A DNA stretch of 64,000 nt from Malacoraja senta (Eukaryota): positions 11,162,001 to 11,226,000 of the forward strand of contig CM075995.1 of assembly GCA_038087875.1 (NCBI GenBank), read 5' to 3'. The notes beneath the pieces are model-generated. The model was not told where the DNA came from and made no database searches. It saw only the letters and a program-made list of their open reading frames with translations. Made by a program: the position numbers and the translations under genes. Positions 53,046-64,000 of the stretch are shown here, piece after piece. Numbering within the stretch: position 1 is the first letter of the stretch; every line of letters begins with the position of its first letter.

Positions 53046-53981
53046 ATGAGGGCCAGGGCAGTTTACTGTTCTGGATGTCAGATGTGGGAGGTCATGGAGT
53101 CTGATACCCCTCCAGACGTTCACATCTGTGTCAGGTGCGTAGAGATGGGGTTCCTAAGGGACCGTGTTAGGAACCTGGAGCAGCAGCTCGATGACCTCTG
53201 TCTGATCAGGGAGAGTGAGGAGGTCATAGAAAAGAGTTATAGGGAGGTGGCCACTCCAAGACCACGGGAGGCAGACAAGTGGGTCACGGTTAGGAAGGGC
53301 AAGGGGCAGAGGCAGGGACTAGTGAATAACCCGGTGGCTGTACACCTTGAAAATAAGTACTCCTGTTTGAGTACTGTTGAGGGGTACAGCCTTCCTGCGG
53401 GTAGCAACAGCGGCCGGGCCTCCGGCACAGAGACCAGCCCTATTGCTCAGAAGGGTAGGGAAAAGAAGAGGAGGGCAATAGTAATAGGGGACTCTATGGT
53501 TAGGGGGTCGGATAGGCGATTCTGTGGACGCAGTCAGGAGACCCGGATGGTAGTTTGCCTCCCTGGTGCCAGGGTCAGGGATGTGTCTGAACGCGTCCAA
53601 GATATCCTGAAATCGGAGGGAGAGGAGCCTGAGGTTGTGGTACATATAGGTACCAATGACATAGGTAGAAAAAGAGAAGAGGTCTTGAAAGGAGAATTTA
53701 GGGAGTTGGGAGGAGAGTTAAGGAGAAGGACTACAAAGGTAACAATCTCAGGATTACTACCTGTGCCACGCGACGGTGAGAGTAGGAATGGAGTGAGGTG
53801 GAGGATAAATGCGTGGCTGAGGAACTGGTGCAGCGGGCAGGGATTCAAATTTCTGGATCATTGGGACCTCTATTAGGGAAGGTGTGACCTGTACAGAAAG
53901 GACGGGTTGCACTTGAACCCGAGGGGGACCAATATCCTGGCAGGGAGATTTGCAAAGGCTACTGGGGAGACTTTAAACTAG
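53046..53981 (+). pseudogene. CR1 ORF1 (esterase), premature TAG at 53874-53876
   Basis: Aligns to ORF 21801..22811; the Trp codon is replaced by a stop; the natural end is ETLN* at 53981. Confidence 0.9.
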
Positions 53982-53986
53982 AGCGG

Positions 53987-56969
53987 TTGGGGGGAGGGAC
54001 TCAAATAGAGAAAGCTAGTGGAAAATGTGGGAGGCAGGAGGCAGAGAAGGGAAGCACTCGGATCCAAAATGTAGGGGAGAAAGCAGAAAAAGATAATAAA
54101 CAGAGAATAAGTGGTGGTGGGTTTCTTAAATGTGTATATTTTAATGCTAGGAGCATTGTAAGAAAGGTGGATGAGCTTAGAGCCTGGATTGACACCTGGA
54201 AGTATGATGTTGTGGCGATCAGTGAAACATGGTTGCAGGAGGGCTGTGATTGGCAAATAAATATTCCTGGATTTCGTTGCTTCAGGGGTGATAGAATTGG
54301 AGGGGCAAGAGGTGGGGGTGTTGCATTGCTTGTCAGGGAAGATATTACAGCAGTGCTTTGGCAGGATAGATTAGAGGGCTCGTCTAGGGAGGCTATTTGG
54401 GTGGAACTGAGAAATGGGAAAGGTGTAGCAACACTTATAGGGCTGTATTATAGACCGCCAAATGGGGAGCGAGAATTGGAAGAGCAAATATGTAAGGAGA
54501 TTGCAGATATTAGTAGTAAGCACAAGGTAGTGATTGTGGGAGATTTCAATTTTCCACACATAGACAGGGAAACACATTCTGTAAAAGGGCTGGATGGTTT
54601 GGAGTTTGTAAAATGTGTGCAAGATAGTTTTTTGCAGCAATACATAGAGGTACCTACTAGAGAAGGGGCAGTGCTGGACCTCCTGTTAGGAAATGAGACA
54701 GGGCAGGTGGCGGAGGTATGCGTTGGGGAGCACTTCGGGTCCAGTGATCACAATACCATTAGTTTCAATATAATTATGGAGAGGGTCAGAACTGGACCTA
54801 GGGTTGAGATTTTTGTTTGGAGAAAGGCTAACTTTGAGGAGATGCGAAAGGATTTAAAAGGAGTGAATTGGGATATGTTGTTTTATGGGAAGGATGTAGA
54901 AGAAAAATGGACGACATTTAAAGGTGAAATTTTAAGAGTACAGAATCTTTATGTCCCTGTTCGGTTGAAAGGAAATAGTAAAAAATGGAAAGAGCCATGG
55001 TTTTCAAGGGAAATTGGACACTTGGTTCGGAAAAAGAGAGAGATCTACAATAATTATAGGCAGCATGGAGTAAATGAGGTGCTTGAGGAGTATAAAGAAT
55101 GTAAAAAGAATATTAAGAAAGAAATTAGAAAAGCTAAAAGAAGATATGAGGTTGCTTTGCCAAGTAAGGTGAAAGTAAATCCAAAGGGTTTCTACAGCTA
55201 TATTAATAGCAAAAGGATAACAAGGAATAAAATTGGTCCATTAGAGAGTCAGAGTGGACAGCTATCTGCAGAGCCAAAAGAGATGGGGGAGATATTGAAC
55301 AATTTCTTTTCTTCGGTATTCACGAAGGAGAAGGATATGGAATTATGTGAGGTAAGGGAAACAAGCAGAGTAGCAATGGAAACTGTGAGATTCAAAGAAG
55401 AGGAGCTGCGGACACTTTTGAAAAATATGAAAACGGATAAGTCTCCAGGTCCTGACAGGATATTCCCTAGGACATTGAGCGAAGTTAGTGTAGAAATAGC
55501 AGGGGCTATGACAGAAATATTTCAAATGTCATTAGAAACGGGAATAGTGCCGGAGGATTGGCGTACTGCGCATGTTGTTCCATTGTTTAAAAATGGTTCG
55601 AAGAGTAAACCTAGCAATTATAGACCTGTTAGTTTGACGTCAGTGGTGGGCAAATTAATGGAAAGGATACTTAAAGATAATATATATAAGCATCTGGATA
55701 AGCAGGGTCTGATTAGGAACAGTCAACATGGATTTGTGCCTGGAAGGTCATGCTTGACTAATCTTCTTGAATTTTTCGAAGAGGTTACTAGGGAAATTGA
55801 TGAGGGTAAAGCAGTGGATGTTGTCTATATGGACTTCAGTAAGGCCTTTGACAAGGTTCCTCATGGAAGGTTGGTTAAGATTCAACTGTTGGGTATTAAT
55901 GGTGGAGTAGCAAGATGGATTCAACAGTGGCTGAATGGGAGATGCCAGAGAGTAATGGTGGATGGCTGTTTGTCAGGTTGGAGGCCGGTGACTAGTGGGG
56001 TGCCTCAGGGGTCTGTGTTGGGTCCACTGTTGTTTGTCATGTACATCAATGATCTGGATGATGGTGTGGAAAATTGGATTAGTAAGTATGCAGATGATAC
56101 TAAGATAGGTGGTGTTGTGGATAATGAAGTAGATTTTCAAAGTCTACAGAGAGATTTAGGCCATTTGGAAGAGTGGGCTGAAAGATGGCAGATGGAGTTT
56201 AATGCTGACAAATGTGAGGTGCTACATCTCGGCAGGACAAATCAAAATAGGACGTACACGGTAAATGGTAGCGAATTGAGGAATGCAGTTGAACAGAGGG
56301 ATCTAGGAATAACTGTGCATAGTTCCCTGAAGGTGGAATCTCATGTAGATAGGGTGGTAAAGAAAGCTTTTGGTGTGCTGGCCTTTATAAATCAGAGCAT
56401 TGAATATAGAAGTTGGGATGTAATGTTTAAATTGTACAAGGCATTGGTGAGGCCAATTCTGGAGTATGGACTACAATTTTGGTCGCCTAATTATTGGAAG
56501 GATGTCAACAAAATAGAGAGTACAGAGGAGATTTACTAGAATGTTGCCTGGGTTTCAGCAACTAAGTTACAGAGAAAGGTTGAACAAGTTAGGTCTTTAT
56601 TCTTTGGAGCGCAGGTTAAGAGGGGACTTGATAGAGGTCTTTAAAATTATGAGCGGGTTAGACAGAGTGGACGTGGATAAGCTTTTCCCATTGAGAGTAG
56701 GGAAGATTCAAACAAGGGGACATGACTTGAGAATTAAGGGACAGAAATTTAGGGGGAACATTAGGGGGAACTTCTTTACTCAGAGAGTGGTAGCTGTGTG
56801 GAATGAGCTTCCAGTGGAAGTGGTGGAGGCAGGTTCGATGTTATCCTTTAAAAATAGATTGGATGGGTATATGGATGGGAAAGGAATGGAGGGTTATGGT
56901 CTGAGTGCAGGTAGATGGGACTGGGGGAAGTATTTATTTTTAATTAAAAAAAAAAAAAAAAACATTTAA
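53987..56969 (+). pseudogene. CR1 ORF2 (APE+RT), frameshift near 56520
   Basis: The 850-aa and 142-aa ORFs are collinear with the minus-strand copy. Confidence 0.92.
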
Positions 56970-58200
56970 TGTTCGGCACGGACTTGAAGGGCCGAGATGG
57001 CCTGTTTCCGTGCTGTTATGGTTATATATGGTTATATGGTTATTCATCGTCACTATCTCGCTCACTCACCGAAGCAAAAAGCAATACAAGCACCAAAATC
57101 ATCGTCGTTTTGTACAAATGAACCATAAATACACCTAGTAATAGTTTTGAAAGCAGTATTTTCTTACCTTGAAGAAGCAAAACTGGAAAATACGTATGAA
57201 ACGGAGGTCCGTAGACACACAGTAGCTCAGCTGCCGAGACTATTTATCCCGAATTACCCATGACCTGGGCATGCGCAATTGTAATACCGAACTCACTTAT
57301 AGGAAGGGAGCAGGAAATAATTCAAACGGTATGAGAAGGCCAATGAAATGTAAGATGTGAGTTGGATTAAAGAAAATCCCAAGGCTTTTGTACATAAATT
57401 AAAAATGAACTCTCTACTAAAGGATACAAAATGCTGGAGTCAGAGTGGACAGATCAGGCGGAGTCATTAATAGACAATAGGTGCAGGAGTAGGCCATTCG
57501 ACCCTTCGAGCCAGCACCGCCATTGAATGTGATCATGGCTGATCATCCCCAATCAGTACCCCGTTCCTGCCTTCTCCCCATATCCCCTGACTCCACTATT
57601 TTTAAGAGCCCTATCTAGCTCTCTCTTGAAAGCATCCAGAGAACCAGATTAGTGACATTTTGGGTCGGGACCCTTTGAAGGATGCTGACCCAAAACGTCA
57701 CCACCTATCCACGTTCTCCAGAAATGCTGCCTGTCCATTGTGTAAACCAATGTCTGCACTTCCTTGCTCACTGCAGCTTTATTGTCCTGGTATATGCAAC
57801 AATTTTGAGGTAGTCTCCCTTCTTTTAGAATTTGGAGTATCTTGCCTGTGTGTGTTTAGTGTGTCTGAGTGCTGTGATCTTGCTGCAAGCTTGTCATTGC
57901 ACCTCACTGTACTGTGCACGTGACAATAAACGCCACTTAACCAAGTAGGTGCAATGGTGCGAACCTCCAGACAACACATGCAGCTGGTGACTTCAAGACT
58001 TTATTTAGAAAACACTGTACATATAAAATGCTGTCCCATGAATGTCTGGGAGTTGTATCTAGATTTTGAACAAGTAACAGATTATTCATAGGCTGCGCCA
58101 AGTCTTCCCCGCCTGCGAGGGGTGGTGCTGAAGCCTAGCCAGTGTAAAGCAAGATCCCGTTGTAAGCGAGGGCTGCTTTGGTGTTGACGGTATAGCTGAT

Positions 58201-60320
58201 GTCATAGAGGGATAATGTGGAAACAGGCCCTTCGGCCCAACTCGCCCACACCGGCCAACAATGTCCCAGCTACACTAGTCCTACTTGCCTGTGCTTGGTC
58301 CATATCCCTCCAAACCTACCCATGTACCTGTCTGTTTCTTAAACGATGGGATAGTCCCAGCCTCAACTACCTCCTCTGGCAGCTTGTTCCATACACCCAC
58401 CACCCTTTGTGTGAAAACGTTACCCCTCGAATTCCTATTAAATCTTTTCCACTTCACCTTGAACCTATGTCCTATGGTCCTCGATTCCCCGACTCTGGGC
58501 CAAAGACTGTGCATCGACCCGATCTATTCCTCTCATGATTTTGTATACTTCTTTAAGATTGCTCCTCATCCTCCTGCGCTCCATGGAATAGAGACCCAGC
58601 CTACTGCAATCTGAGAGGGAGAAGGTAAGATCGGAAGTGTCAGTATTCCAGTTGAACAAAGGGGACTATGGAGGCACGAGGGAGCAGCTGGCCAAAGTTG
58701 ACTGGAAAGGGACCATAGCAGAGATGACAATGGAACAACAATGGCAGGTATTTCTGGGACTAATACAGGACCATTACATTCCATAGAGGAAGAAAGATTC
58801 TAAGGGGAGTAAGAGGCGACAAGGGAAGTCAAGGACAGTATAAAAATAAAAGAGAAGAAGTATAACATAGCAAAGATGAGAGGGAAGCCAGAGGATTAGG
58901 TTACTTTTAAAGAAGAACAGAAGGTAGCTAAAAAGGCCATAGGGGGATAAAAGATGAAGTACGAAGGTAAGCTAGCCAAGAATATAAAGGAGGATGGTAA
59001 AAGGTTTTTTAGGTATGTGAAGATGAAAATAATTGATAAGACAAATATGGGTCCCTTGAAGGCAGAAACAGATGAAATTATTATGGGGAACAAGGAAATG
59101 GCAGACCAGTTGAACAGGTACTTTGGTTCTGTCTTCACTAAGGAAGACACAAATAATCTCCCAGATGTACTGGGGAACAGAGGACCTAGGGTGATGGAGG
59201 AACTGAAGGTCATTCACATTAGTCAGGAAAAGGTGTTGGGTGGACTGATGGGACTGGAACTGATAAATCCACAGGGCCTGATGGTCTGCATCCCAGGGTA
59301 CTCAAGGAGGTGGCTCTACAAATTGTGGATGCATTGGTGATAATTTTCCAATGTTCTGTAGATTCTGGATTAGATCCTGTGGATTGGAGGGTAGCTAATG
59401 TTATCCCATTACTCAAGAAAGGAGGGAGAGAGACCAGTTAGCCAGACATGGGTGGTGGGGAAGATGCTTGAGTCGATGACCAAAGATGTCATAGCGGCAC
59501 ATTTGGATAACAGTAACAGGATCGGTCCAAGTCAGCATGGATTTACGAAGGGGAAATCATGCTTGACAAATCTTCTGGAATTTTTTGAAGGTGTAACAAG
59601 TAAAATGGACAAGGGAGAGCCAGTGGATGTAGTGTACGTGGACTTTCAGAAAGCCTTTGATAAAGTCCCACACTGATTAGTGGGCAAAATTAGAGCACAA
59701 GGTATTGGGGTAGGGTATTGACAAGGATAGAAAATTGGTTGGCAGACAGGATACAAAGAGTAGGGATTAACGGGTCCCTTTTCAAAATGGTAGACAGTGA
59801 CCAGTGGGGTGCAGCAAGGCTCGGTGCTGGGACCGCAGCTATTTACAATATACATTAATGATTTAGATGAAGGGATTCAAAGTAACATTAGCAAATTTGC
59901 AGATGACACAAAGCTGGGTGGAAGTGTGCACTGTGAAGAGGATGCTGTGAGGATGCAGGGTGATTTGGACAGGTTGGGTGAGTGGGCAGATGCATAGCAG
60001 ATGCAGTATAATGTGGATAAATGTGAGGTTATCCACTTTGGTGGCAAGAATGGGAAGGCAGATTATCTGAATGGTGTCAGATTAGGAAAAGGGGAAGTAC
60101 AACGAGACATGGATATCCTTGTACATCACATCAGTCACTGAAAGTAAGCATGCAGGTACAACAGGCAGTGAAGAAAGCTAATGGCCTTCAAAACAAAAGT
60201 AGTTGAGTATAGAAGCAAAGAGGTCCTTCTGCAGTTGTACAGGGCCCTGGTGAGACCACACTGGAGTATTGTGTGCACTTTTAGTCTCCTAATTTGAGGA
60301 AGGATATTCTTGCTATTGAG
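58201..60320. mobile_element. CR1 fragments (- about 58201-58605; + about 58610-60320, degraded)
   Basis: RT motifs in ORFs 58281..58514, 58954..59340, 59398..59676 and 59797..59997. Confidence 0.85.
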
Positions 60321-61728
60321 TTTTCTTACTTTTTGTTTGACTCCTCCCATTTCCTATTCTTACTTTTCGTTTGACTGCTCCCATTTCCTCCAAATACAAG
60401 GCGTAGCCATGGGCACGCGTACGGGCCCCAGCTATGCCTGCCTTTTTGTAGGGTACGTAGAACAATCCTTGTTCGAGACGTACCGTGGCCTTTTTGTAGG
60501 GTACGTAGAACAATCCTTGTTCGAGACGTACCGTGGCCCTATCCCCGACCTCTACCTCCGCTACATCGACGATTGCATTGGTGCTACCTCCTGCACCCAC
60601 ACACAACTCACTGACTTCATCAACTTCACCAATAACTTCCATCCGGCACTCAAATACACCTGGACCATTTCTGACACTTCCCTACCATTTCTTGACCTCA
60701 CTATCTCCATCGCAGGTGATAGAATTCTGACTGACATTCACTATAAACCACTGACTCCCATGGCTATCTGGACTACACTTCTTCCCACCCTGCTTCCTGT
60801 AAGGACTCCATCCTCTACTCCCAATTCCTCCGTCTACGCCGCATCTGCTCCCAGGATGAGGTGTTCCACACCAGGGCATCGGAAATGTCCTCATTCTTCA
60901 GGGAACATGGGTTCCCCTCCCCTACTGTAGATGAGGCTCTCTCAAGGGTCTCTTCCATACCCTGCAACACTACTCCCACTCCCCATCCCCCCAGAATCCC
61001 CCTAGTCCTCACCTTCCAGCACACTAGCCGTCACATACAACAAATAGTCCTCCTTCCTTTTTCGCCATCTCCAACGTGACCCCACCACTCGCCACATCTT
61101 CCCATCTCCCCCCCGTCTGCTTTCCGCAAAGTCCGTTCCCTCCGTAACTCCCTGGTCAATTCTTCCCTTCCCACCCACACCACCCCCTCCCCGGGCACTT
61201 TCCCTTGCAACCGCAGGAGATGCTACATTTGTCGCTTTACCTCCCCCCTCGACTCCATTCAAGGACCCAAGCAGTCGTTCCAGGTGCGACAGAGGTTCAG
61301 CTGCACCTCCTCCAACCTCATCTATTGCATCCCTGCTCTAGATGTCAGCTGATCTACATCGGTGAGACCAAGCGTGGGCTTGGCGATCGTTTCGCCGAAC
61401 ACCTCCGCTCGGTCCGCAATAACCAACCTGACCTCCCCGTGGCTCAGCACTTCAACTCCCCCTCCCATTCCGAATCCGACCTTTCTGTCCTGGGCCTCCT
61501 CCATGGCCAGAGTGAGCACCACCGGAAATTGGAGGAGCAGCACCTCATATTCCGCTTGGGCAGTTTACACCCCAGCGGCTTCAACATTGACTTCTCCAAT
61601 TTCCGGTAGCCCTCGCTGTCTCCTCCCCTTCTCAGCTCTCCCTCAGCCCTCTGGCTCCTCCTCTTCCTTTATTCTTCCCGCACCCCCCCCCCACCCTACA
61701 TCAGTCTGAAGAAGGGTTTCGGCCCGAA
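60321..61728 (+). mobile_element. Penelope-like element (RT C-terminal half + GIY-YIG), frameshifted
   Basis: QIQGVAMGT, YLRYIDD, LPFLDL, CSRCQLIYIGETKRGLGDRFAEH; tail ends in a hammerhead-like motif. Confidence 0.9.
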
Positions 61729-62000
61729 GAGAGCTCTGCCCGAGCCGGCTGCCTGCCCCTTTTCCAGGGTCATGTCCGTGCCCGGGTGGTTTTGGAAAGG
61801 GCTTAGGCGCTGTCCACGGGCTCCATGGGGGATTTCCGGGACTGTTGGGCACTGTGTGGGGTGGAGGGTATCCTCAATAAGGATGGGGAAATAGTTATAT
61901 CATATTTAAGAATATTTGTTTATATGGTATTATGGTGGTGGGTTTGTGTGTATTTTTTCTAGTTAGTTTAAATTATTTTTTGGTAAAAAATCAAAAAAAA
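61729..62000 (+). mobile_element. Tx1-like LINE 3' end with A tail
   Basis: GCLPLFQGHVRARVVLERA*ALSTG..., similar to 6951..7190. Confidence 0.6.
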
Positions 62001-64000
62001 GTGCAGCACTCCCTTCCACAGTGCAGTGTTCCCTCTGTAGCACTCCTCCCATAGAGCTGGAACATACCCTTTGACCCAACTTGTCCATGCTGACCAAGAT
62101 GCCCCATCTAAGCTACCACCTATTTGCCCACGTTCCATATCCCTCTCAAAATTGTATTAGTTTTTACCTCCTCTGGCAGTTCGTTCCATATACCCACCAC
62201 CCTGTGTGAAAAAGTTGCCCCTCAGTTTCCTATGAAATCTTTCCCCTCTCACCTTAAAACTAGGCTGTCTAAGTTCATAAGTCTAGTTCCTGATTTCCCC
62301 AACCCTGGGTGACTGCAGTCCTTTACCCAATCTACTCCCTTCATGATTTTATACACTTCTGTAAGATCACCTCTCGTCCTCATGATCAGAGGAGTGAAGT
62401 CCCAGCCTGCCTAACTTCTCCCTATAACAGGCTCTCGAGTCCTGGCAACATCATTGTCAATCTTTTTTGTACTCTTTCTAGCTTAATGATGTCATTCCTA
62501 TAGCAGGATGACCAAAACTGAACATAGTAATCCAAGTGCAGCAAGTGCAACATCTTGTGATGGAGGCAGAGATCCTCTCAGCATTGCGGAATTGAGGTGA
62601 ACACTCTGGTCGAGGCAGGGGAAGGGAACAGACCAAGTACTGGTCAGTGGGATTAGAGTGGATGGTCAGCAGACACAATAGTGGGCCGAAGGTCCTGCTT
62701 CTGTGCTGTTCTGATCTTTGACCACTCCCCTCTCCATGAGCCCATCCCATTCACAGGACAGTTCCATAACCATGGGACAGACAGACAGACAGACTCCAAC
62801 CCCACCCAGTGACCTGTGCGGCTGACAGAGAGAAGGCTGTGTGTCTCTCCACCCTGCTTCATACCTCCATCCATCCCTGACCAAATATTTTCCCTGGAGC
62901 GTCGGAGGCTGAGGGAATAGGAGTTTATAAAGTTATGAGAAGCGTGGATAGGGTAGACAGACAAAACTTATGATGGAAATGTCAAAGACTAAAAGGCATA
63001 GCTTTAAGGTGTGACAGGGGGAAGGGGGGGAAGCTAAAAGAGACTTGTGGACCAAATTGTTTTTTATTTACTCAGAGGATGGTGGGTGCCTGGTGGTGGT
63101 GGTGGAGATAGATACGATAGCGGTGTTTAAGAGGCTTTATGCATTCATCCTATCTATTTTGCTTATAATGTTATACTCCTCCAAAATCAGTGGACAGAGA
63201 GGCTTTAAGATAGACACATGGATATGCAGGGAATGGAGGAATATGGGTCACGTGCAGGCAGAGGAGATTAATTTAACTTAATGCAATTTAAGATGATGCA
63301 TGGCACAGGCATCATGACCTGAGGGCCTATTCCTGGCTGTGCTGTATTATTCCTACATTTTACTTGTGTAGGAAGGAACACCAATGATAGACACAAAATG
63401 CTGTCGTAACTCGGCGGGACAGGCAGCATCTTTGGAGAGAAGGGATGGCTGGTGTTTCAGGTCAAGACCCTTCCTCAGACTGAGCGTCAGGGGAGATGGA
63501 AACTGCAGGTATGGATCGGTAGAAAGAGTGTAGAGCAGGAGGAATCACAGAGGGGGAGCAGCAAGAGAGGGTGTAACAGAACTCTCGTCAGAGAGGAGGA
63601 GAACCTCTTCAAAGTAGGCATACCTAAAGAGCATTTTGTAGTGCACCAGATGAAATGTATAGGAAGGAACCGCAGATGTTGGTTTACACCAAAGATGGTC
63701 ACGAAATGCTGGAGTAACTCAGCAGGACAAGGCAGCATCTCTGGAGAGAAGGAACGGATGGTGTTTCAGGTCAAGTCCCTTCCTCAGACTCAGGGAAACT
63801 GGAGATATGAATGGGTACAAAGGGCACAGAGCTTTCCTCCGGCAGCCCACCACCCTCTGCGTGAAAAAGTTGCCCCTCAGCTTCCTATTAAATCTTCCCC
63901 CTCTCACCCTAAAACTAGGCCATCTAAGTTCATAAATTCAGGCCCAGTTCCTGATTCCCTGGGTAAAAGATGCATTTACTCTCCGTACGACCCTCGTAAC

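Larger units (their letters stand above)
52558..57041 (+). mobile_element. Near full-length CR1 LINE
   Basis: 78-bp 5'UTR tandem units, ORF1, ORF2 and TTATATGG tail. Confidence 0.95.
40102..57298 (+). mobile_element. TIR DNA-transposon relic (ISL2EU/PHIS-like candidate), about 1.1 kb of its own sequence plus nested insertions
   Basis: Inverted termini ATAAGTGAGTTTAGTAT (40100-40116) and ATACCGAACTCACTTAT (57284-57300), 15/17 match; the flanks rejoin one CR1 ORF2; degraded internal ORF. Confidence 0.7.

Overview
Eukaryotic, repeat-dense vertebrate DNA. The repeat content (CR1/HER1-like LINEs, V-SINE-like SINEs, Penelope tails) suggests a cartilaginous fish such as a skate or ray; this is inference. 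One host gene is present: an alanine aminotransferase (GPT/GPT2 family) on the + strand with 10 coding exons between 8647 and 37039. Its first coding exon(s) were not found, and one exon junction is out of phase by 1 nt. The rest is mostly mobile DNA: two near-full-length CR1 LINEs, many CR1 fragments, a Rex1/Babar-like LINE, Penelope (GIY-YIG) fragments with hammerhead-ribozyme motifs, Tx1-like 3' ends, SINEs and minisatellites. A 17-kb nest spans 40.1-57.3 kb: an old CR1 holds a TIR DNA-transposon relic, which holds a young Gypsy LTR element, which holds an intact L1; a full-length CR1 also sits in the relic. The most notable signals are a conserved U_UUA_AAC slippery site joining CR1 ORF1 to an AUG-less ORF2 in the -1 frame, fold-back hammerhead ribozyme repeats, and the resolvable nested insertion series. 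All calls were made by eye from sequence and motif recall; no searches were run.
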